DNA of 64,000 bases from a virus. The notes beneath the pieces are model-generated. The model was given only the letters and a program-made list of their open reading frames with translations, made no database searches and was not told the origin of the DNA. The stretch is from the IMG/VR virus record IMGVR_UViG_3300032093_000090, positions 5,940 through 69,939 of that record. One strand, written 5' to 3'. The translations under genes were made by a program, and so were the position numbers. Below, piece after piece: positions 58,054 to 64,000 of this stretch. The stretch's first letter is position 1, and each line of letters begins with the position of its first letter.

Positions 58054-58500
58054 ATGTGGTATCTATCTCTATTACCTAGTATTGTCTTTCATGCTATATT
58101 GGCAGCAGGATTGCTGTTTATATTTGTTAGCATGGTACTTAAAGTAGTTCCATTCGTAAGTACATACTATATTCCTATTCGAATTGTAGGGTTTGTGCTT
58201 TTTGTACTTGGTGTATACTTTGAAGGCGGCCTGGGAATTCAAGCGGCAATGATGGAACGAGTAAAAGAGATGGAAGCAAAAGTTGCTGCAGCTGAAGCTG
58301 AAAGCAAAAAAGAAAACATTAAGATACAAGAAAAAATAGTATATAAGCAAAAGATAGTTCGTGAAAAAGGTGCAGAAGTTATAAAGTACATAGATAGAGA
58401 AATTGTCAAATATGATACTAAATTTGCACCTGGTGGTATTTGTGAACTTCCTAAGGAATTTTTTATATCTCACAATGAAGCAGCTAAGGAGCGTAGATGA
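58054..58500 (+). CDS. Putative inner-membrane spanin (Rz-like)
   Basis: N-terminal transmembrane segments, coiled coil, C-terminal Cys; overlaps a lipoprotein gene. Confidence 0.55.
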   Translation: MWYLSLLPSIVFHAILAAGLLFIFVSMVLKVVPFVSTYYIPIRIVGFVLFVLGVYFEGGLGIQAAMMERVKEMEAKVAAAEAESKKENIKIQEKIVYKQKIVREKGAEVIKYIDREIVKYDTKFAPGGICELPKEFFISHNEAAKERR

Positions 58501-58763
58501 AATTATACACTACACTTTTATTGCTTATACTATTGACGGGATGTTCAACAACGGTTCCTGTTGTTGCAAAATTTCCAGAAGTTCCTAAAGTATTGATGTC
58601 AAAATGTCCTAATCTACAAGAACTTAGTATGGATGCAAAACTAAGTGATGTAGCAAAAACAATTACGATAAATTATAGTTCATACTACGAATGCGCAGTT
58701 AAAATGGACGCATGGATAGAATGGTATAGCGTACAAAAAATAATATATGAAGGAATAAAATGA
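58497..58763 (+). CDS. Putative outer-membrane spanin lipoprotein (Rz1-like)
   Basis: Lipobox LTGC; Pro-containing segment, C...NY..Y.EC. Confidence 0.6.
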   Translation: MKLYTTLLLLILLTGCSTTVPVVAKFPEVPKVLMSKCPNLQELSMDAKLSDVAKTITINYSSYYECAVKMDAWIEWYSVQKIIYEGIK

Positions 58764-59122
58764 AAAAGTTATTAGTATTATTAAGTATTACTTTGCTTGC
58801 AGGATGTAGTACTGTAAGTAATTTACAAAAGTATTGGCCACGACCACACGACCCAATTATGTTTGGGTATTTAGTTAGTGCAGATATTGAAATTAATAAA
58901 GTTGATTGTGAGAAAAGTAATTGGTCAAATGTAATTGCATACACAGAACATTTGACAAAATATACAGAATGGCGAAATGATCCACAGAAAGATAATATTA
59001 AAGGATTACATAGTCACGCAATAAAGATGAATAGCGGTGCAAGTAAAACCTTTTGTGAATTAGGTAAAAAGACAGCAACACAAAGAATAAACGCAACAAA
59101 AACCGCATGGGAGAATCGATAA
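58760..59122 (+). CDS. Lipoprotein of unknown function
   Basis: Signal peptide with lipobox LAGC. Confidence 0.7.
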   Translation: MKKLLVLLSITLLAGCSTVSNLQKYWPRPHDPIMFGYLVSADIEINKVDCEKSNWSNVIAYTEHLTKYTEWRNDPQKDNIKGLHSHAIKMNSGASKTFCELGKKTATQRINATKTAWENR

Positions 59123-59310
59123 TGCATCCGTTAGAACAAGAAATACAATCAATCGTTGAAGCATGTCAAACAGGCAGTATTAGTATTGAAGAACGAGATT
59201 ATTTGTTACAAGAAATAAGAGATGTTAGAGTAGCACAGGAATGTGCTGGAGATGAAAAAGCAATAAGATATGTAGTACAGATTTGCAACGCTGCGCTATC
59301 GGTAGTTTAA
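59122..59310 (+). CDS. Hypothetical protein
   Basis: TAATG coupling with GGAG upstream; MHPLEQEIQ... Confidence 0.55.
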   Translation: MHPLEQEIQSIVEACQTGSISIEERDYLLQEIRDVRVAQECAGDEKAIRYVVQICNAALSVV

Positions 59311-59329
59311 AATAAAAATTGGAGTAAAG

Positions 59330-61141
59330 ATGACGCAAGAAATTGTGCATGGGATAAAAGTCGATTATACTAGAGATAATCTATTTGATGAGTTAGGTCT
59401 AAAAAGATTAAAAGAAAGTTATATGAAGGAGGACGAGGTCTCGCCGCAAGAAAGGTTCGCATATGTTTCAAAGACGTTCGGGTCTAATGCGGAACATTCG
59501 CAAAGACTTTATGAATATAGCAGTAGACATTGGTTGTCATATTCTACTCCTATTCTCAGCTTTGGGCGTAGTAAGCGTGGCCTTCCTATATCATGTTTCT
59601 TACCTTATCTACATGATAGCGCAGAAGGTTTGGTCGATTGTCTTGCCGAAGTAAACTGGTTGTCCATGATGGGCGGAGGAGTTGGAATTGGAATTGGAAT
59701 TCGTTCTTCAGATGATAAAAGTGTTGGGGTTATGCCTCATCTTCGTACTTATGACGCTAGCAGTCTGGCATACAGACAGGGGCGGACGAGGAGGGGGTCT
59801 TATGCTGCTTATCTTAATATATCTCATCCCGATATTCTTATCTTTTTAGAGATGAGAAAGCCAACAGGCGATCCCAATATGCGTTGCCTGAATCTACATC
59901 ACGGTATTAATATTACTGATGACTTTATGCATCTAATTGAGCGTGCAATGATTGACCCAGAGTTAGATGATACTTGGGAATTAAAAGACCCCCACAATGG
60001 TGAAGTTAGAGACAAAGTATCAGCAAGAGAATTGTGGCAACGTATTTTAGATATGCGTATGCAAACAGGCGAACCTTATCTACATTTTATTGATACTAGT
60101 AATAAGGCAATGCCTGAGTTCCAAAAGAAATTGGGACTAAGTATCAAACAATCTAATTTGTGCAGTGAAATTATTTTACCAACGGATAAAGATCGTACTG
60201 CGGTATGTTGTTTATCCTCTTTGAACTTGGAGTATTATGATGATTGGAAAGATGACAAACTTTTTCTTCGGGACGTTGCAGAGATGCTCGATAACGTCTT
60301 GCAGTATTTCATTGATAATGCTCCTGACAGCATATCGAGAGCACGATTTAGCGCTAGCCGCGAACGGTCTATTGGTATTGGTGCTCTCGGTTGGCATGCT
60401 CTTCTACAAAAGAACAACATCCCGTGGGAATCAGCATCAGCAACAGGATTAAATCATAAGATATTTGGACACATTCGCAAGGAACTAGATAATGCAAATA
60501 TTCAATTGGGTACCGAAAGAGGCGAAGCACCCGATGCGACAGGTACTGGACGCCGCTTCTCTCATATGCTTGCTGTTGCTCCAAACGCTTCTTCTTCTAT
60601 TATTATGGGTAACACTTCCCCTTCTATTGAGCCCTTACGTGCGAACGCGTATAGACAAGATACTCTTAGCGGTTCTTCGTTGAATAAAAACAAATGGCTT
60701 AATGCAGTTATTGAGAAACATCTTGCAGGTGATGGAGAGGTAGTATCACAAAATGACTACAATGATATCTGGTCTTCGATTATTGCAAACGATGGATCAG
60801 TTCAACATCTTACTTGGATGGATGATTGGACAAAAGATGTATTTAAAACATCTATGGAAATAGATCAGCGTTGGGTAATTCAACACGCTGCCGATAGACA
60901 GCAATATATAGATCAAGCACAATCTGTTAATCTATTCTTTAGACCAGATAGCAACATTAAGTATATACATGCTGTTCACTTTCAAGCGTGGAAGCAAGGA
61001 CTAAAGACACTATACTATTGCCGTTCTGAAAAGATTGGTAAGGCAGATAAGATATCAAAGAAAATAGAGCGACAAGTCATGGAAGAGATTGACTTGAAAG
61101 CATTGGCAACAGAAGAAGTTTGTTTAGCGTGCGAAGGTTAA
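59330..61141 (+). CDS. nrdA: Ribonucleotide reductase class Ia alpha subunit, no ATP cone
   Basis: PISCF, QSNLCSEI, APNASSS, KTLYYCRS, C-terminal CLACEG. Confidence 0.97.
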   Translation: MTQEIVHGIKVDYTRDNLFDELGLKRLKESYMKEDEVSPQERFAYVSKTFGSNAEHSQRLYEYSSRHWLSYSTPILSFGRSKRGLPISCFLPYLHDSAEGLVDCLAEVNWLSMMGGGVGIGIGIRSSDDKSVGVMPHLRTYDASSLAYRQGRTRRGSYAAYLNISHPDILIFLEMRKPTGDPNMRCLNLHHGINITDDFMHLIERAMIDPELDDTWELKDPHNGEVRDKVSARELWQRILDMRMQTGEPYLHFIDTSNKAMPEFQKKLGLSIKQSNLCSEIILPTDKDRTAVCCLSSLNLEYYDDWKDDKLFLRDVAEMLDNVLQYFIDNAPDSISRARFSASRERSIGIGALGWHALLQKNNIPWESASATGLNHKIFGHIRKELDNANIQLGTERGEAPDATGTGRRFSHMLAVAPNASSSIIMGNTSPSIEPLRANAYRQDTLSGSSLNKNKWLNAVIEKHLAGDGEVVSQNDYNDIWSSIIANDGSVQHLTWMDDWTKDVFKTSMEIDQRWVIQHAADRQQYIDQAQSVNLFFRPDSNIKYIHAVHFQAWKQGLKTLYYCRSEKIGKADKISKKIERQVMEEIDLKALATEEVCLACEG

Positions 61142-61143
61142 AT

Positions 61144-61536
61144 ATGGCATACTCAAATAAAGTAATCGATCATTATGAAAATCCCAGGAACGTTGGATCT
61201 TTTGACAAGAGTGATACTGATATTGGTACTGGTATGGTTGGCGCACCTGCTTGCGGAGATGTGATGAAATTACAGATAAAGGTTGACAATGTTACAGGTA
61301 TTATTACAGATGCGAAATTTAAAACGTATGGCTGCGGATCGGCTATTGCGAGTTCGAGCCTCATTACAGAATGGGTCAAAGGAAAAACACTTGACGAAGC
61401 CGGATCAATCAAAAACTCCGAAATCGCCGAAGAACTAGCATTGCCTCCTGTTAAAATTCACTGTTCAATACTTGCGGAAGATGCAATCAAAGCGGCAGTA
61501 GAAGACTATAGAAAAAACCATGATTTTGCTTACTGA
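61144..61536 (+). CDS. iscU: Fe-S cluster scaffold IscU
   Basis: MAYSNKVIDHYENPRNVG...GAPACGDVM...KTYGCGSAIASSS...LPPVKIHCS. Confidence 0.97.
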   Translation: MAYSNKVIDHYENPRNVGSFDKSDTDIGTGMVGAPACGDVMKLQIKVDNVTGIITDAKFKTYGCGSAIASSSLITEWVKGKTLDEAGSIKNSEIAEELALPPVKIHCSILAEDAIKAAVEDYRKNHDFAY

Positions 61537-61846
61537 AAAAGCACGCGAGAAAATTAAAACTCAACTTCAAAAACGCGGCAAAGGGGTTGGAATTCAATTG
61601 GGCGTGAAGACTACTGGTTGCAGTGGACTTGCATACACATTAGAATATGTTGATAATTATAATTATGATAATACCTGTATTAATTATGGACAGCAAGACT
61701 TTGTTATTCTTGTTAATAAAAAAAATGATGTGTATCTAAATGGACTAACAATGGATTGGGTTCGAAATGGACTCAACGAAGGTTTTGATTTCAAAAATCC
61801 AAATGAACGTGACCGTTGTGGTTGCGGAGAAAGTTTTCGAGTATGA
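61520..61846 (+). CDS. iscA: A-type Fe-S carrier IscA
   Basis: [12 protein letters not shown]...GLNEGF.FKNPN...CGCGESF. Confidence 0.92.
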   Translation: MILLTEKAREKIKTQLQKRGKGVGIQLGVKTTGCSGLAYTLEYVDNYNYDNTCINYGQQDFVILVNKKNDVYLNGLTMDWVRNGLNEGFDFKNPNERDRCGCGESFRV

Positions 61847-62166
61847 TAACAATAACAGAATCAGCAAAAGCAAAGATATTAGATCTTTTCGCAGAAGAGG
61901 GTAATCCTGATTTAAAACTAAGAACATTTGTGCAGGGTGGGGGATGTTCTGGATTTAGTTATGGATTTACCTTTGATGAAATAATGAACGAAGATGATTT
62001 CGAGGTGCCTTTGGGCGATTGTAAAGTTTTAATTGATGCAATGAGTATGCAGTATTTGCAAGGTGCAAGTATAGATTACAAGGAAGATCTACAGGGATCT
62101 GAATTTAAAATAACAAATCCAAATGCGCAATCAACTTGCGGATGTGGCTCTTCATTTTCGATTTAA
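61843..62166 (+). CDS. erpA: A-type Fe-S carrier ErpA
   Basis: MITITESA...[20 protein letters not shown]...[14 protein letters not shown]. Confidence 0.92.
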   Translation: MITITESAKAKILDLFAEEGNPDLKLRTFVQGGGCSGFSYGFTFDEIMNEDDFEVPLGDCKVLIDAMSMQYLQGASIDYKEDLQGSEFKITNPNAQSTCGCGSSFSI

Positions 62167-62180
62167 CGGAGAATAAATAA

Positions 62181-62429
62181 ATGGAAAAAATAATTAGATT
62201 TACAGCATCATGGTGCCAACCATGTAAAGCAATGGCAAGTATACTTGAAGAAATTGATACCAATATTCCCATTGAAGTTGTGGATATTGATGCACAACAA
62301 GATGTTGCAATTGAATATGGCATTCGCGGAGTTCCAACCCTTGTTAAGATTGACAATAATGGCAATGTTGCAGGTAGAATGGTTGGCGTTAAAGCTAAAA
62401 ATTTAGTAGAAGAGTTCCTTAATGATTAA
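62181..62429 (+). CDS. Thioredoxin
   Basis: FTASWCQPCK...YGIRGVPTL. Confidence 0.9.
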   Translation: MEKIIRFTASWCQPCKAMASILEEIDTNIPIEVVDIDAQQDVAIEYGIRGVPTLVKIDNNGNVAGRMVGVKAKNLVEEFLND

Positions 62430-63408
62430 AAAGACCAAATCGAATCTTACAGATACCCGAGATTCATTTAAACCATTTAATTATCCATGGGCATATGATG
62501 CCTGGTTGAAGCATGAACAATCGCATTGGATGCATACAGAAGTACCAATGGTAGAAGATGTTAAAGATTGGAAAAAGAAGTTAAATGCAGAAGAAAAACA
62601 ATTCTTAACACACATCTTTAGATTCTTTACTCAAGGCGATATTGATGTTGCCGGTGGATATGTTAATAATTATCTTCCATATTTTCCACAACCTGAAGTG
62701 CGAATGATGCTATTGGGATTTGCAGCACGCGAAGCTCTACACATTGCAGCATATTCACATTTGATTGAGACATTAGGATTGCCTGAGACAATGTATAATG
62801 AGTTCTTAGCTTATGCGGAAATGAAAGCTAAGCATGATTATGTTTTAAATATATCTCAACAAAATACTACAAAAGAAAACACAGCAAAACATATTGCTAT
62901 CTTCTCAGCATTTACAGAAGGTATGCAGTTGTTTAGCTCTTTTATTATGTTGTTAAATTTTCCTCGCCATGGTAAGATGAAGGGAATGGGTCAAATTGTT
63001 ACTTGGTCTATTGTAGATGAGACTCAACACTGCGAAGGAATGATTAAGTTATTTAGAACATATATACAAGAGAATAATGAGATTTGGAACGATGAATTAA
63101 AAGGCGAATTGTATACAATTGCTGAACAAATGGTTCTACTTGAAGATAGGTTTATTGATCTAGCTTTTGCGATGGGAGCTATGGAAAATTTATCAGCAGC
63201 CGATGTTAAGCAATATATTCGCTATATCACTGATCGTCGACTTATTAGTCTTGGGCTTAAGGGTATTATGAAAGTTAAAAAGAATCCTTTACCGTGGGTT
63301 GAAGAAATGATTAACGCACCTATTCACACAAACTTCTTTGAGAATAGAGCGACCGATTATGCTAAAGCTGCGCAAACTGGTTCTTGGGAAGATGTGTGGG
63401 CAAAATGA
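62422..63408 (+). CDS. nrdB: Ribonucleotide reductase class Ia beta subunit
   Basis: FFTQGD, REALHIAAYS, EGMQLFSSF, VDETQH, NFFENRATDY. Confidence 0.97.
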   Translation: MIKKTKSNLTDTRDSFKPFNYPWAYDAWLKHEQSHWMHTEVPMVEDVKDWKKKLNAEEKQFLTHIFRFFTQGDIDVAGGYVNNYLPYFPQPEVRMMLLGFAAREALHIAAYSHLIETLGLPETMYNEFLAYAEMKAKHDYVLNISQQNTTKENTAKHIAIFSAFTEGMQLFSSFIMLLNFPRHGKMKGMGQIVTWSIVDETQHCEGMIKLFRTYIQENNEIWNDELKGELYTIAEQMVLLEDRFIDLAFAMGAMENLSAADVKQYIRYITDRRLISLGLKGIMKVKKNPLPWVEEMINAPIHTNFFENRATDYAKAAQTGSWEDVWAK

Positions 63409-63617
63409 AATCATTTAAAGAAGTGATGGCACCTAGGCATTATGCTGATGGTGCCTTAATATCAGCAAAACTACCACCTGCTTATGAAAAAGCTAAAGGT
63501 GATAAGAATTGTGCCAACTGCGGTGCGTATGTACCTGGCACAAAGTATTGTAAAACTTGGGATGCTAAAGTGCGTCCAGAATATTATTGTAAAAAATGGG
63601 TGAAGATAGAAAAATAA
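63405..63617 (+). CDS. HiPIP-like four-Cys protein
   Basis: PPAYE...NCANC..Y.....C..W...V....YCKKW; ATGA overlap with nrdB. Confidence 0.55.
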   Translation: MKSFKEVMAPRHYADGALISAKLPPAYEKAKGDKNCANCGAYVPGTKYCKTWDAKVRPEYYCKKWVKIEK

Positions 63618-63772
63618 CCTTTACTGAAAAACGTAGAGAGATTTGTAACGACTGTGAACACCTTACTACCATGATTGGTGTTAAGGTATGTGAAGCATGT
63701 GGATGTTCTATATGGGCAAAGACAATGTTACCTATTGCAAAATGTCCTAAAGGAAAATGGGATGCCGAATAA
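63596..63772 (+). CDS. Small Cys-rich protein, 58 aa (DUF6171-like; not in ORF track)
   Basis: MGEDRKITFTEKRREICNDCEHL...CEACGCSIWAKT....AKCPKGKW. Confidence 0.7.
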   Translation: MGEDRKITFTEKRREICNDCEHLTTMIGVKVCEACGCSIWAKTMLPIAKCPKGKWDAE

Positions 63773-64000
63773 ATTTGATTATGCGCATATGATTGTCGCT
63801 GAGACCTATGCTAAATTATCATCCGCTAAACGATTACAGGTTGGTGCTGTTGTTGAGAAAGACAATAGAATTATATCTATTGGATATAACGGTACTCCTG
63901 CTGGCTGGGATAATACTTGCGAAGATACATTTGAAGAACATTCAACGTATATAATTGACCCAGGAGGCCCTGAGTACCCCACAACTATTATTAGTACAAA
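63762..64000 (+). CDS. dCMP deaminase, 3'-truncated by the window edge
   Basis: Hand translation MPNKFDYAHM..AE..AKLS.A.RLQVGAVVEKDNRIISIGYNGTPAGWDN.CE. Confidence 0.85.
   Translation, partial: MPNKFDYAHMIVAETYAKLSSAKRLQVGAVVEKDNRIISIGYNGTPAGWDNTCEDTFEEHSTYIIDPGGPEYPTTIIST

Noticed and set aside
61144-62166. Bacterial chromosome or host contamination suggested by isc, rpoZ and dps
   Set aside because: These genes are AT-rich like their neighbours and overlap or abut phage genes, in a context of T4 late promoters and a gp61-like primase.
59330-63408. Introns or inteins in nrdA/nrdB
   Set aside because: Both ORFs are continuous and compact with motifs in order; the genes between them are intact Isc and thioredoxin genes.

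Overview
An AT-rich segment of a large T4-like (myovirus) bacteriophage genome, almost entirely on the + strand in the standard genetic code. The host is probably an aquatic proteobacterium, inferred from proteobacterial-type IscU/IscA/ErpA and RpoZ. Four blocks are visible. (1) 1-4.7 kb: an early/accessory block behind sigma70-type promoters, with 2OG-Fe(II) oxygenases, a J-domain protein, a MazG-like protein, tRNA-Leu(UAA), rubrerythrin plus rubredoxin, tRNA(CAU), an RNA polymerase omega homologue, an HTH protein and an HNH-like nuclease. (2) 4.7-13.6 kb: genes behind T4 late promoters (TATAAATA) whose products are His/Lys-rich and carry capsid-targeting/prohead-protease-like N-termini; they include a PD-(D/E)xK-like protein, a ligase-motif protein, a Rossmann nucleotidyltransferase and Dps. 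(3) 13.6-53.1 kb: about 40 kb of giant repeat-rich fibre/structural genes, small adaptor-like paralogues, an S8 protease and LamG proteins. (4) 53-64 kb: late 2OG-Fe(II) oxygenases, primase, thyX, spanin-like genes, and nrdA-iscU-iscA-erpA-trx-nrdB followed by small Cys-rich proteins and dCMP deaminase. The strongest leads are phycobiliprotein-like KCxRD domains inside a virion fibre, a putatively capsid-packaged nuclease/ligase/nucleotidyltransferase module, an H-type pseudoknot leader, a phage omega subunit, and a pervasive x-N-(V/I/L) motif in the fibres. All protein calls come from motif recognition by eye; no searches were run.
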